Positions 9,021-19,553 are shown, numbered from the stretch's first letter. The stretch is 54,411 bases of DNA from Bdellovibrionota bacterium (GCA_044356295.1 JBIKWN010000011.1:1-54411), one strand, 5' to 3'. The notes: generated from the sequence alone by a model not told the origin. Numbers and translations: made by a program.

Positions 9021-11282
9021 ATGAAAAAAGCTGTAAATACCCCGAAGTGGCAACAGGTTGCCAATCTAGAAGACGCCCTAACATCAGGTTTAACTGAAAC
9101 AGAGTTTAAACATATTATCGATGTCTTAGGTCGACCAATTATTAATCTTGAATTAGGAGTTTGCTCTGCTCTGTTCTCTGAGCATTGCTCTTATAAATCA
9201 ACAAAAGTCCACCTTAGAGGTTTGCCTACTGAAGGTAAACGAGTCATTCAAGGCCCAGGTGAAAATGCTGGCGTTATTGATATCGGAGACGGTGAAGCTG
9301 TCGTCTTTAAAGTTGAAAGTCATAATCACCCAACATTTATTGAGCCTTACCAAGGTGCAGCAACTGGGGTCGGTGGAATCCTTCGAGATGTGTTCACTAT
9401 GGGAGCAAGACCACTCGCGTTGATGAATGCTCTCCGATTCGGAACTGCTGATAATGAGCGCACTCCTTATTTATTATCTCGAGCTGTTAAAGGAATTGGC
9501 GGATACGGAAACTGTATGGGAATTCCTACCGTTGGTGGTGAAACAGGGTTTCATGAAAGCTATAACGGAAACTGCTTGGTGAATGCTTTTGCACTAGGGT
9601 TAGTGAAGCATGAAAGTATTTTCCTTGGGAAAGCTGCTGGTATTGGTAACAGTATTATTTACGTTGGTTCTAAAACAGGAAGAGACGGAATTCATGGTGC
9701 AACTATGTCTTCTGCTGAATTCGATGAAAACTCAGCAGAAAAACGCCCAACTGTTCAAGTAGGTGATCCATTTCAAGAGAAGTTACTGTTAGAAGCGTGT
9801 CTTGAAGCAATGGCAAGCGGCGCTGTAATCGGAATTCAGGATATGGGTGCTGCCGGAATGACAAGCTCCACCTATGAAATGGCAGACCGTGCTAAAACTG
9901 GGGTCGTTATACATCTTGATCGCGTTCCTCAACGTGAAGAGGGAATGAATCCTTACGAAATAATGCTTTCTGAATCACAAGAGCGCATGTTGATCGTCGC
10001 AGAAAAAGGACGTGAGAAAGAGCTTTTAAAGATCTTTGAACATTGGGAGCTTGATGCCGTTATTATTGGCGAAGTTGTTGATGGAAGAAATGTTGATCTG
10101 TTTTGGAACGGAGAAAACGTTTCATCAATACCTGTTGAAGTTTTAACAAGCGCAGTTCCGCAGTATCGATGGCCCGAGGAAATGCCATCGGACTATAACG
10201 ATAAAATTAATTTTGCAGTTGATCAGATAGATGACCTTGATAATCCAAAAGAGCTTTCAAAGGCATGGTTGAAACTTTTATCATCTCCGGATCTTTGTTC
10301 AAGAAAAAATTTATTCTCACAATATGATTCTACAGTTCGTTCAAATACGGTTATTCACCCAGGCGGTGATGCCGCTGTAATTCGTATTAAACGAACAGAC
10401 GGTAAGCCTGAAAAAGGTGTAGCAATGACTCTTGATTGCAACTCTAGGTTTTGTGGTATTGAACCACGATTAGGTGCTGCTTTATCTGTGGCAGAAGCTG
10501 TTAGAAATATTACAGCAGTAGGTGCAGAGCCAATTGGAATCTCTGATTGTTTGAATTTTGGAAGTCCTAGTAAGCCAAATACAATGTGGCAAATTGCAGA
10601 AGCGATACGTGGTCTTGGTGATGCTGCTCGTGCGTTATCAATTCCAATTGTGAGTGGCAATGTGAGCCTCAATAACGAAACGAAAGGAAAATCTATTCTT
10701 CCTACTCCTATGATCGCAATGGTTGGTCTTATGAAAGATGCTTCCAAAGCAGTCACTGTCCATTTTAAAAATGAGGATGACGCTATTCTTGTTGTTGGGC
10801 TTACTGAAGGAGAAGATTTAGGTGGTTCTGAATATTTTGCTCAAGTTGCAGGTGTTGAAAAAGGTGCACTCCCAGTGCTTGACTATGAAACTGAAGTCTT
10901 AACTAATAAAGTTATCTGTGAACTCATCGATGCTCGGTTACTACAAAGTTGTCATGATGTTAGTGGCGGTGGATTAGCCGTTGCATTGGCAGAGTCTTGT
11001 TTCGGTCCTCAGAAACAATTTGGTGCCTCTCTCGACGTTGAAGACTATGAAGGCAGAAAAGATGGACTGTTATTTGCCGAAACTGGGGCACGGTACATTA
11101 TCTCTTGTGATCCGAAAAATCTTGCAAAAATTAAGAAAAAGTTTTCTGACGCGGGAATTGGTTTTAGTGCTTCAGGACAAGTAACAAAAGCTTTAACTAT
11201 TGAAGTAAAAGAGTATGCTTCAATAGATGGTGCCGATGCTGTAAAAGGTTGGGAGCGAGGACTCGACGCACTGTTAGGATAA
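9021..11282 (+). CDS. purL: Phosphoribosylformylglycinamidine synthase subunit PurL (small type)
   Basis: [44 protein letters not shown]. Confidence 0.97.
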   Translation: MKKAVNTPKWQQVANLEDALTSGLTETEFKHIIDVLGRPIINLELGVCSALFSEHCSYKSTKVHLRGLPTEGKRVIQGPGENAGVIDIGDGEAVVFKVESHNHPTFIEPYQGAATGVGGILRDVFTMGARPLALMNALRFGTADNERTPYLLSRAVKGIGGYGNCMGIPTVGGETGFHESYNGNCLVNAFALGLVKHESIFLGKAAGIGNSIIYVGSKTGRDGIHGATMSSAEFDENSAEKRPTVQVGDPFQEKLLLEACLEAMASGAVIGIQDMGAAGMTSSTYEMADRAKTGVVIHLDRVPQREEGMNPYEIMLSESQERMLIVAEKGREKELLKIFEHWELDAVIIGEVVDGRNVDLFWNGENVSSIPVEVLTSAVPQYRWPEEMPSDYNDKINFAVDQIDDLDNPKELSKAWLKLLSSPDLCSRKNLFSQYDSTVRSNTVIHPGGDAAVIRIKRTDGKPEKGVAMTLDCNSRFCGIEPRLGAALSVAEAVRNITAVGAEPIGISDCLNFGSPSKPNTMWQIAEAIRGLGDAARALSIPIVSGNVSLNNETKGKSILPTPMIAMVGLMKDASKAVTVHFKNEDDAILVVGLTEGEDLGGSEYFAQVAGVEKGALPVLDYETEVLTNKVICELIDARLLQSCHDVSGGGLAVALAESCFGPQKQFGASLDVEDYEGRKDGLLFAETGARYIISCDPKNLAKIKKKFSDAGIGFSASGQVTKALTIEVKEYASIDGADAVKGWERGLDALLG

Positions 11283-11287
11283 AAGAT

Positions 11288-12691
11288 ATGTTTGATAAAT
11301 TTCGTGAAGAGTGTGGCTTAATGGGTGTTTGGGGCAATCCGGAAGCTTCAAACCTCGCGTATCTAGGTCTTTATGCTCAGCAGCATCGTGGGCAAGAAGG
11401 AGCAGGGGTGCTGGCTTTCTCTGAAAATAACTTCGCAGTACACCGCGGAATGGGGCTTGTAAGTGATGTATTTAAGAAATTCGATTTTACAAAACTTCCT
11501 GGTGATAGAGCGATAGGGCATGTTCGTTATACAACTGCCGGAGGAAATCTTTTATCAAATGTGCAGCCACTTTTTTCAGAAGTATCAATTGGAAGAGTTG
11601 GCGTTGCGCATAACGGTAACCTTATAAACGTCGATCTTTTAAAGAAAGAACTCATTGAAGACGGTGCAATTTTTACGAGCACCTCTGACACAGAAGTTTT
11701 CTTGCACCTCCTTGCCAAGTCTCCGAAGAGTGTTCCTACTGTTGAAAGTATTATTGCTGCATTGAAGCAGGTTCGGGGTGCATATTCGCTTCTCTTTCTT
11801 TTTGAAGATCGGATGTTTGCGGTTCGAGATCCTCATGGTGTTCGACCACTTTGTTTAGCAAAGCTTGGTGATGGAATTATTGTTGCTTCTGAAACTTGTG
11901 CGTTTGATCTTGTTGGAGCTGAGTATATTCGTGATATCGAACCCGGAGAGCTTGTTGAGATATCCGGTAAGAATACGATTAAAAGTTTTTTCCCTTTTGG
12001 AACTCAACAACGCCCTGCGCCTTGTATCTTTGAGTATGTCTATTTTGCGCGTCCTGATTCTTTAGTCTTTGGTCGAAGCGTATACGGAATACGTAAGAAA
12101 ATGGGTGAACAACTTGCTAAAGAGCATCCTGTTGTAGCTGATGTTGTTGTTCCTGTTCCTGATTCTGGAATGACTGCTGCACTTGGATTTTCAGTTGCTT
12201 CTGGTATTCCCCTTGAATTAGGGTTGATCAGAAATCATTACGTTGGAAGAACATTTATTGAGCCTAAGCAAAGCATTCGAGACTTTGGTGTAAAATTAAA
12301 ACTCAATGCAAATCCTGAAGTTCTCAAAGGAAAATCTGTTGTCGTGATTGACGATTCAATTGTACGGGGAACAACGAGTAAAAAATTGATAAGTCTTATT
12401 CGGCAAGCGGGTGCAAAAGAGATACATTTACGAATCTCTGCGCCTCCAACAACTGATCCTTGCTACTATGGAATAGATACACCTTCTAAAGAAGAGCTGA
12501 TTGCTTCGCATATGAATCTTGAAGAGATTCGAAATTATGTTGAGGTTGATTCGATTGGATACTTAAGTCTTGAAGGACTTTATGCTGCGGTTAATTCTGA
12601 GCGTGGTAAGTTCTGTGATGCTTGTTTTTCTGGTGAGTATCCTTTGGGGACTCCTGTGCAGTTTGCTAAGAAACAGAAGCAATTGCTTTAG
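11288..12691 (+). CDS. purF: Amidophosphoribosyltransferase
   Basis: EECG propeptide/Cys1, QHRGQE, CIFEYVYFARPDS, PRPP loop VIDDSIVRGTT; ATG at 11288. Confidence 0.97.
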   Translation: MFDKFREECGLMGVWGNPEASNLAYLGLYAQQHRGQEGAGVLAFSENNFAVHRGMGLVSDVFKKFDFTKLPGDRAIGHVRYTTAGGNLLSNVQPLFSEVSIGRVGVAHNGNLINVDLLKKELIEDGAIFTSTSDTEVFLHLLAKSPKSVPTVESIIAALKQVRGAYSLLFLFEDRMFAVRDPHGVRPLCLAKLGDGIIVASETCAFDLVGAEYIRDIEPGELVEISGKNTIKSFFPFGTQQRPAPCIFEYVYFARPDSLVFGRSVYGIRKKMGEQLAKEHPVVADVVVPVPDSGMTAALGFSVASGIPLELGLIRNHYVGRTFIEPKQSIRDFGVKLKLNANPEVLKGKSVVVIDDSIVRGTTSKKLISLIRQAGAKEIHLRISAPPTTDPCYYGIDTPSKEELIASHMNLEEIRNYVEVDSIGYLSLEGLYAAVNSERGKFCDACFSGEYPLGTPVQFAKKQKQLL

Positions 12692-12714
12692 GATCGCAGT
12701 TCATTTTTAAGAAA

Positions 12715-12759
12715 TTTTGTAACGCGGGTCTCGACAGGCTCGACCTTCGCGTTACAAAA
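12715..12759. repeat. Palindrome with REP-like core, possible terminator after purF
   Basis: Perfect 12-bp inverted repeat ttttgtaacgcg / cgcgttacaaaa enclosing ggtctcgacaggctcgacc. Confidence 0.75.
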
Positions 12760-12837
12760 AGTGTCATCATCGATGCTTTCAATTTAAGCAAGTAGACACT
12801 ACCCTAAAACCAAAATCTTTTATATTTTACGCTCACC

Positions 12838-14304
12838 ATGACAAGTACAGATAAATTTTATTCATCAATTAAAAAAATTCACCACCTTGAAGGGATAAAA
12901 GCACTTTTAGACTGGGATAGCCAAGTATATATGCCTGTTGATGGAGCAACGGTAAAAGGGGATCAAATTGAGCTTGTTTCAGTTCTGCTCCATCAAGAGG
13001 TAACAGATCCAAAACTTCAAAATGAATCACAAACAATTCTTGATAGTGTTACTGATACGTCACATCCTGATTACATAAATGCAAAAGCACTTTTAAAGAC
13101 TATTACAAGAGAGAAAAAACTTTCAGCCGATTTTGTTGCAAAACGATCGAAGCTGCACACTGAAACATTTCATCTTTGGCAGAAAGCAAAAAAAGAGAAT
13201 AACTATAATCTTGTAAAAAACAATCTTGCAAAAGTTTTTGAAACTGCAAGAGAGGAAGCACAGTTAGTTGGATACCAAGAGCATCTCTATGATGCCTTAC
13301 TTGATCAGTATGAGCCCGGTGGAAGAGTGTCTTGGGTGCGACCTCTTTTGGAAGAACTTGGAGAATCTTTAAGTGTGATTATTAAAGATTTTGCTCAGAA
13401 AAAGAATCAGGTTCAATCTTGTGATTTATCTCTATCATTGACGGATCAGCATGCACTAGGCTGTATTATTATGGAGGCTTTCGGGCTCCCCAAAAGTGCA
13501 TCTCGTCTTGATGTTTCAAGTCATCCGTTTTGCACAACCATTGGTAGCGGCGACGTTCGAATTACGACAAGGTTTAAAGAAGAAGATTTTCTTTATGGCT
13601 TAGGCAGTATTTTGCACGAACTTGGGCATGCGCTGTATGAGTATAATTTGCCAAATGAATTTCGTGGAACGGCTTGTGGAAGTGTTTTTTCTCTTGGTAT
13701 GCATGAATCTCAATCAAGGCTTATTGAGAATTGTATAGGGCGATCAAAGAGTTTTGCTGAGTTCCTCTCGACAACTCTTAAGAACAGATTTAAAAAACAG
13801 GTGTCTTCTGATTCGATTTATCAAAGACAAAATACGGTTACACCTTCATTAATTCGAGTAGACGCTGATGAAGTTTCATATTCCTTACATATTGTAATAC
13901 GAATGTTATTAGAAATTGATCTGCTATCTGGTTCTGTTTCCTTTGAGGATTTACCTGAAGCTTGGAATAATGCTTATGAAAAGTATCTAGGAATTAAACC
14001 CAAAAACTATTCGGAAGGTTTGTTGCAAGATGTTCACTGGTATTCAGGTGCTATTGGTTATTTCCCAACCTATGCACTTGGAAATATCTTTGATGGAGTT
14101 ATTCTATCTCAAATGAAAAAAGATTTCCCTTCCTTTGATCAGCAAGTTCAAGTTGGAGATTTTCTGCCGTTAACTAAGTGGTTAAAAGAAAAAATTCATA
14201 GTAAAGCAAGTCGTCAGGAGTCAAGGCAACAGATTGCAGAACTACAATCCAGCGAAACGCTCAGTGCAGATCTATTTTTAAATTACTTGAGAGAGAAATT
14301 GTAA
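12838..14304 (+). CDS. Carboxypeptidase, M32 family
   Basis: HPF, HELGH zinc motif, HESQ, IRVDADE, GLLQDVHW, GYFPTY. Confidence 0.95.
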   Translation: MTSTDKFYSSIKKIHHLEGIKALLDWDSQVYMPVDGATVKGDQIELVSVLLHQEVTDPKLQNESQTILDSVTDTSHPDYINAKALLKTITREKKLSADFVAKRSKLHTETFHLWQKAKKENNYNLVKNNLAKVFETAREEAQLVGYQEHLYDALLDQYEPGGRVSWVRPLLEELGESLSVIIKDFAQKKNQVQSCDLSLSLTDQHALGCIIMEAFGLPKSASRLDVSSHPFCTTIGSGDVRITTRFKEEDFLYGLGSILHELGHALYEYNLPNEFRGTACGSVFSLGMHESQSRLIENCIGRSKSFAEFLSTTLKNRFKKQVSSDSIYQRQNTVTPSLIRVDADEVSYSLHIVIRMLLEIDLLSGSVSFEDLPEAWNNAYEKYLGIKPKNYSEGLLQDVHWYSGAIGYFPTYALGNIFDGVILSQMKKDFPSFDQQVQVGDFLPLTKWLKEKIHSKASRQESRQQIAELQSSETLSADLFLNYLREKL

Positions 14305-14326
14305 AGGTATTACGATTCTGGCAATG

Positions 14327-14749
14327 TTATAGATTGTGTGTAGCAAACATATACTCAATTTCAGTATCACCGTAGGTAAGACCAAAAATGGTTTTACCAG
14401 CAATAGATTTCACTTCTCCAACCGGAATTTTATTGAGCCATACTTTGTTTTCGTTTCGAATTAGTTCAATTGCGAATGGAACACTTCTATTGCACTCAAG
14501 TTTTTCAATCCATTCACGTCGTTTACCAAAATAAATGACTCTATCTTCTTCAAATTTTACGCCAATAAGTCTGTCTCGCATATCAACAATTTTTGATTGG
14601 AAAAGAGCTGCGATGTCGTTTATAAATTTTTTTGCATCATTTTGTTTGATTGCGACAATATGATCTTCAGTTTCATTCTTGTGACTTGTGTTCATTGGCG
14701 CAAATCGAATTGGGCTGTTTGCTGAAATAATTTTTGTATAGAGTTTCAT
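14327..14749 (-). CDS. Hypothetical protein
   Basis: 140-aa ORF with ATGA overlap to the upstream small gene; no family recognised. Confidence 0.6.
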   Translation of the reverse strand: MKLYTKIISANSPIRFAPMNTSHKNETEDHIVAIKQNDAKKFINDIAALFQSKIVDMRDRLIGVKFEEDRVIYFGKRREWIEKLECNRSVPFAIELIRNENKVWLNKIPVGEVKSIAGKTIFGLTYGDTEIEYMFATHNL

Positions 14750-14931
14750 AGGATTTTAATCTCCTGAGGATTAACATGTGCTGTTACGATAACATCTCGT
14801 TTTGAAGTGATATGAACATCTACTTTATCTACCCCATATAATGCCTCAAATAGCTTTTTTAAATGGATATCAATCTTACTGTGACCAAGGGTTTGATGGA
14901 GGGGAACTTTAAGGTCTGTAACTTTAGCCAT
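14746..14931 (-). CDS. 61-aa protein with an HMA-like pattern but no CxxC
   Basis: ATG at 14931 preceded by AGGAGG; LKKLFEALYGVDKVDVHITSKRDVIV resembles the HMA core. Confidence 0.6.
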   Translation of the reverse strand: MAKVTDLKVPLHQTLGHSKIDIHLKKLFEALYGVDKVDVHITSKRDVIVTAHVNPQEIKIL

Positions 14932-15218
14932 ACAACCTCCTATTGAATTCGAATCAGGCCCACTTGTATCTATCGGAGTGCTAATCTTCCCGCGACTAAA
15001 TTCAGGAGGCCTTGAGGAGGTTGACTGTGATAAGGTAGAATTCGACATCTAACTCTAGTCATCATTAGCTATAGGGGTGGTTCAGCTAAAAGATTGTGGA
15101 ATGAAAAAATACGAAATTCATCTATGTGGTAATAAAGCTAATAATATAAGATAGTTAAGTAATGCATAGGTGTGTCACATCGGATTTTATTTGGGTTTTA
15201 TTAGCCACCCCAAGCTAG

Positions 15219-15345
15219 CAATGTCATTAAGTTAAGGCATTTCTACCCCGTGACCATGACCGTAGGCGTGAGCGTGACCTTAAACTGTTTGGGTCACGCT
15301 CACGCTCAAGGTCACGGTACTCAAGTTCTTAACTTAATGAGATTG
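15219..15345. mobile_element. MITE copy 1 (127 bp) with IS4-like ends
   Basis: Terminal IRs caatgtcattaagttaag / cttaacttaatgagattg (17/18); direct repeat ccccaagctag at 15208-15218 and 15346-15356; second copy at 21546. Confidence 0.88.
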
Positions 15346-15399
15346 CCCCAAGCTAGGCTACCTAAAATCATATTTTCCTCGTACCCTCGAGGGGATTCA

Positions 15400-16605
15400 A
15401 TGAAACAAAATATTTTTCGTGTATTGGTATTCTTATTCTCTCTATTGATAAGTTTCCTTGTGCTTTTTTCGGCGCTTTCAAAAAAAAATCAATCCGATTT
15501 TATCGAATTTTATTCGGCTGCAAGTATTTTAAAGTCAGACCAGAATCCGTATGACCCGTTTTTAATGTTAGTAAAACAACGTCAAGTTGTACCGGAGCAA
15601 ATTTCCGATAAAGCACTTATGCTCTGGTCGCCGCCATGGATATTGCCTCTTATGGGGGTTACTTTAGAAAGTGCTACGTATGATGAATCAAGAAAAATTT
15701 GGAATGTAATCTCTGTATTTCTTATCGTTTTTTCATTAGTACTTCTCTTAGGATCATATTGGGAAAAAAAATTACAATATCAATTTTCTTTAATTATTTT
15801 TCTGCCACTTCTAATCTGCTCTGCTCCTTTTCTTGACTCTTTTAATCTTTCACAGTCTGCATCGTGGATGTTGTTTGCTGGAGCATTGTTTGTTTATTCG
15901 GTTTCAAAAAATCAATTTTTTCTTTCTGGGATAGCTACATCGCTTTGGTGTTTAAAACCGCATCTATTCCTGATCGTAGGTTTTGCGTGGTTAGCTTCTT
16001 TATTGTTCAATTCGAAATCTTTCAGTAACTTATTTTCTTGGACAAAGGGCTTTCTGCTTGGCCTTGCCACACTAATTGGAATTAGTGAATATTACTTCCC
16101 CGGGGGGACTCGGTTTTGGTTGGATACCTTATTACTGAAAGATTCTGATGTTTATACAGTTAATCGTTTAAGCTGGATCTGCTCAAACCTTACCGGAGCC
16201 TTAAAAGAATTTTTGCCACATGCAACTATTATAGCAATTAATATAATTCCACTTTCTGTCATTACAGTCATTTTATATGCAGTCATAAAAGATCGAAGAA
16301 ATATATCTTCTCCAAATCATCTCTCGTGGTTATTCCCGTTGTCTTTGTTTTGTGCGCCATTTGGATGGATATACGATCAGAATCTTTGTTTACTTTCGTT
16401 TGGGTTACTTCTTCCTCGATTATTAGAGAAAAAGCTTTATGTAATTATCGGAATTATGTTTGCGCTCAATTTTATGAGTCTGGCTTACTATAAATTTATC
16501 ACCGTTAACCAAGTCGATTTATGGTGGTATTCCGGACTTGTTTTTGTAGTAGCTGTATATGCCGAAATTAAAATATCTCAACACGCGACGTTTACAGTCG
16601 ATTAA
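15400..16605 (+). CDS. Polytopic GT-C glycosyltransferase (GT87/DUF2029-like)
   Basis: DFIEFYSA, NPYD, WSPPW, LKPHL, YD motifs and many TM segments; ATG at 15400 with GAGGGG RBS. The longer N-terminus in the track comes from the MITE. Confidence 0.8.
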   Translation: MKQNIFRVLVFLFSLLISFLVLFSALSKKNQSDFIEFYSAASILKSDQNPYDPFLMLVKQRQVVPEQISDKALMLWSPPWILPLMGVTLESATYDESRKIWNVISVFLIVFSLVLLLGSYWEKKLQYQFSLIIFLPLLICSAPFLDSFNLSQSASWMLFAGALFVYSVSKNQFFLSGIATSLWCLKPHLFLIVGFAWLASLLFNSKSFSNLFSWTKGFLLGLATLIGISEYYFPGGTRFWLDTLLLKDSDVYTVNRLSWICSNLTGALKEFLPHATIIAINIIPLSVITVILYAVIKDRRNISSPNHLSWLFPLSLFCAPFGWIYDQNLCLLSFGLLLPRLLEKKLYVIIGIMFALNFMSLAYYKFITVNQVDLWWYSGLVFVVAVYAEIKISQHATFTVD

Positions 16606-16640
16606 TCTTATTTGCTAGAATAGGTAAATTGATTCTGGAT

Positions 16641-17834
16641 CTAAATTGCCTGATCTTGAAAATATCGCTCTCGAATACGCGCAGCGGCTCGGAGTGCTCC
16701 TGCTTTTAACTCATCAATCGTAGATTTTTGCCGAGCTTTCAATGTTTCACGCTCTTTCCAGCCTCGCTCAATTGTGGCGCTAAAGCTATCTAAAGTTAAC
16801 TTCCCAAGTTCAAGAGAATAGTCTTCGCAGTGCAGTAACCTCATAAATCCACGAACTTTCGGCATATAGATAAGCCCAATTATCGGAACTTCAACAGCCG
16901 AAGCCAGGACGACACTGTGAAACCTCATGCCAGCAAATAGTTGGCACTGACGCATTACTGCTTGGATATCGTGGCTTAGATATTTAGAATTTAAAACTTT
17001 TAGTCCATCAAGGTGATTCGCTAACTCAGTTGCTGCACCTTCATCCATTGGATGAGTGCAAAAAACTACAGTTTGTATATCTTCGTTCAGATTTGTTCTG
17101 GCTTTTTTGACACCATCTGCGAGCATTTTTAAAAATGCATCTTTATCTTGAATTTTTTCATTATCATTGAGCCATGTATCCATGTACTTAGTGACATTTA
17201 ATCCAAGTGTTGGTTTCGAAAAGTCGATCCCAAGCTCTTTGGCAACTTCTTTACCACGTGCTTCGTCAGATACAGGATTAATAAATGCAGCGTCACCAGT
17301 AACTTCAATTGGATGTATACATCCAAGATCTTCGGCGAGTTTTTTGCTGTCATTTTCTCGCATAATGACAAGGTCGCAGCCATTTAACGCCCACTTTGCA
17401 AAAATTTGGCTGATCTTTGATTTGAATGGACCGATTCCGCAGCTATAACAAACAACTTTGCAATTGACTAATCGTGCGAATGGAATCACAAAAATTAAAG
17501 CAATCAGCCAATTGAAAAATGGATTCCAAAGTTTCTTTCCAAATAATATACCGTCACAAATAAGTGCAACATCACTCTTCCAGATAGCCATAAAAGTTGG
17601 GATACCAACAAATCGTATACTCGCAGTCCAAGGCATCATGCTAATTGCTTTAACATTGTATCGTTTTGAATAATGAGTATTCGTAAAAGAAGGTTTAGTC
17701 GTAGGAACGATAAATTCACTACCTGGAAGTTCGCGGGTCAAATGCTCTAAAATACTGGAAAGTATCGCAGCGTCGCCTAGATTATTGCCAGAGTTAGAGC
17801 CAAGAAGAGTAATAACAGGATGTGTGCCTTTCAT
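16641..17834 (-). CDS. Polysaccharide pyruvyl transferase family (WcaK/CsaB-like)
   Basis: GNNLGDAAIL, GIGP, MRENDS, GDAAF, GMRFHS. Confidence 0.9.
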   Translation of the reverse strand: MKGTHPVITLLGSNSGNNLGDAAILSSILEHLTRELPGSEFIVPTTKPSFTNTHYSKRYNVKAISMMPWTASIRFVGIPTFMAIWKSDVALICDGILFGKKLWNPFFNWLIALIFVIPFARLVNCKVVCYSCGIGPFKSKISQIFAKWALNGCDLVIMRENDSKKLAEDLGCIHPIEVTGDAAFINPVSDEARGKEVAKELGIDFSKPTLGLNVTKYMDTWLNDNEKIQDKDAFLKMLADGVKKARTNLNEDIQTVVFCTHPMDEGAATELANHLDGLKVLNSKYLSHDIQAVMRQCQLFAGMRFHSVVLASAVEVPIIGLIYMPKVRGFMRLLHCEDYSLELGKLTLDSFSATIERGWKERETLKARQKSTIDELKAGALRAAARIRERYFQDQAI

Positions 17835-17852
17835 AATATGTTGTGAAACATA

Positions 17853-18521
17853 TCACAAAGTGGGGGCACTCTGGAAATTCTGGGATAATGCTTCTGCTTT
17901 TGCTTGATCCGTGAATGACACAGTTCCGTTTGTTAATGTGACCTTCCCCAAAGCAATCATTGATAGAGACCAAGAATAGAGACGATGTTCTTCCACAAGA
18001 ACTTTTGCTGCAAGTGTTATCGTTGTGTCATCGGATGTTATAGAAACTTTGGATTGTGCAATGATTGCTCCTCCATCAATTGTCTCGCTAACTAAATGCA
18101 CAGTACATCCATGTTCTTTTCTTTTATCCGAAATCGCTCGTTCATGAGTGTTAAGACCTGGATAATCAGGAAGAAGCGAAGGATGAATATTAATAATATG
18201 GTCGCTGTGTGCTTGAATAAAAAAAGCAGGGACGATAACCATAAATCCTGCTAAAGCATATATATCTGGCTTCAGGTTCTCAGCATGGGTAAAAAGTGCC
18301 TTCAAGAAACTTTCTTTGTCTGGATAATCGGCTTTAAAAAATTCATAAACTGGAATTTTGGCTTCTCGTACGTAGTATAAACCCGGAGCCCCTGGTTTAT
18401 CTGTTATGACTCCGATGATTTCGTATCCACAGTTTGGGTGTGCGTTTTGATATTGAATTAGTGCTCGGCAATTTGATCCTCGCCCTGAAAGAAAAACTAG
18501 CACTTTTTTTGGCTCATTCAT
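17853..18521 (-). CDS. purN: Phosphoribosylglycinamide formyltransferase
   Basis: SGRGSN, LAGFM, INIHPSLLP, GCTVH, DGGAIIAQ. Confidence 0.95.
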   Translation of the reverse strand: MNEPKKVLVFLSGRGSNCRALIQYQNAHPNCGYEIIGVITDKPGAPGLYYVREAKIPVYEFFKADYPDKESFLKALFTHAENLKPDIYALAGFMVIVPAFFIQAHSDHIINIHPSLLPDYPGLNTHERAISDKRKEHGCTVHLVSETIDGGAIIAQSKVSITSDDTTITLAAKVLVEEHRLYSWSLSMIALGKVTLTNGTVSFTDQAKAEALSQNFQSAPTL

Positions 18522-18587
18522 GGTAAGCTATTATTATGTTTCTTGCTGATTTGTGCACTAGTGCTTTGGCAATTTTATTCGAAGGAT

Positions 18588-18956
18588 ATGATGATTAAAA
18601 TATTTTTTATTTCGTTACTCACTCTGTGTTTTTCACCAGTTTCTTATGCAGATGAGGCTGCCGATCAAGACTCATATCGGGAACCACCACTACGTGAGCA
18701 AGCAAATGGTTCTGCTGCTTCTTTTGACAAAAGACTTCCTCCCGTTATTCCAGGTGAAGAGATTCAGGATGGTAATAAAAAAATTAAGGTATGGTCTACC
18801 AGTGGAAATGTCGGTGCGTCAGAGCCTCCAAGGCCTCCTGAATTCCCACATCACGACCGAACAGTTAAAGATCAAACAGGTGGTGCGGGAGTCATTGTTG
18901 ATGGTCGAGGATTTGTTCCTTCAATAGCCCCGCAAAATAATCCTCATTCAAAATAG
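18588..18956 (+). CDS. Secreted Pro-rich hypothetical protein
   Basis: AAGGA RBS; Sec-type signal peptide ending SYA. Confidence 0.7.
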   Translation: MMIKIFFISLLTLCFSPVSYADEAADQDSYREPPLREQANGSAASFDKRLPPVIPGEEIQDGNKKIKVWSTSGNVGASEPPRPPEFPHHDRTVKDQTGGAGVIVDGRGFVPSIAPQNNPHSK

Positions 18957-18965
18957 TTTTATACA

Positions 18966-19355
18966 ATGACGTCTCCATACTTCATACGTGCTGCCGATCT
19001 TGAACTTATTCCTGCAAGTCACGAGGATCCACTCGACCCTGGAGTTCTTAAAAAAATACTTGTAGGTAAAGGTATTATTCAACGTGGCGATGTACAGATG
19101 GTTAATTTTGCTGTCATGCCTATCGGTAAAAAATTTAATCTTCATTATCACGAGGACATGGATGAAGTTTTTATCCTTGTATCAGGTAATGCTGAAATGA
19201 AAGTTGGAACAGAACTTTTTATAATGAATCAGTTTGATACCGTTGTTGTTCCTGCGACTTGTGCACACGAAATGACTAATATTGGTAGTAGCCCTGTGAC
19301 CTATATTGTTTTTGGTGTATCTCGGGGGGAGGGTGGAAAAACTATTAACCTATAA
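18966..19355 (+). CDS. Cupin domain protein
   Basis: HYHEDMDEVFILVSG and VPATCAHEMTN cupin motifs. Confidence 0.9.
   Translation: MTSPYFIRAADLELIPASHEDPLDPGVLKKILVGKGIIQRGDVQMVNFAVMPIGKKFNLHYHEDMDEVFILVSGNAEMKVGTELFIMNQFDTVVVPATCAHEMTNIGSSPVTYIVFGVSRGEGGKTINL
19308..19355 (+). repeat. Direct repeat copy A (3' end of the cupin gene)
   Basis: 19326-19355 matches 21689-21718 at 27/30; 19308-19327 matches 21526-21545 at 17/20. Confidence 0.8.
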
Positions 19356-19553
19356 TTCACTTTTTCTTCAATTTTAATATTTAAATAATTCTTGATATTA
19401 AAACTTGATTACACTGAATGAAAATCGAAAGCTTCATAAGAAATCTTCGTAGAGCTTCTGGATGCAGCCATAATATGACTGTAAATCAATGATAATAGTC
19501 AAATGAATACTTAACTTTCCTAAAAAAATTGACGTATTAATCTGTTATTAATC

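Noticed and set aside
14958..14984. Possible CIRCE element (GAGTGCTAA at 14976-14984)
   Set aside because: Only one half-site; the partner TTAGCACTC is missing at 9-nt spacing and no chaperone gene is adjacent.
15250..15399. N-terminal extension of the GT87 ORF (HAHAQGHG)
   Set aside because: Derived from MITE copy 1; the ATG at 15400 has its own RBS.
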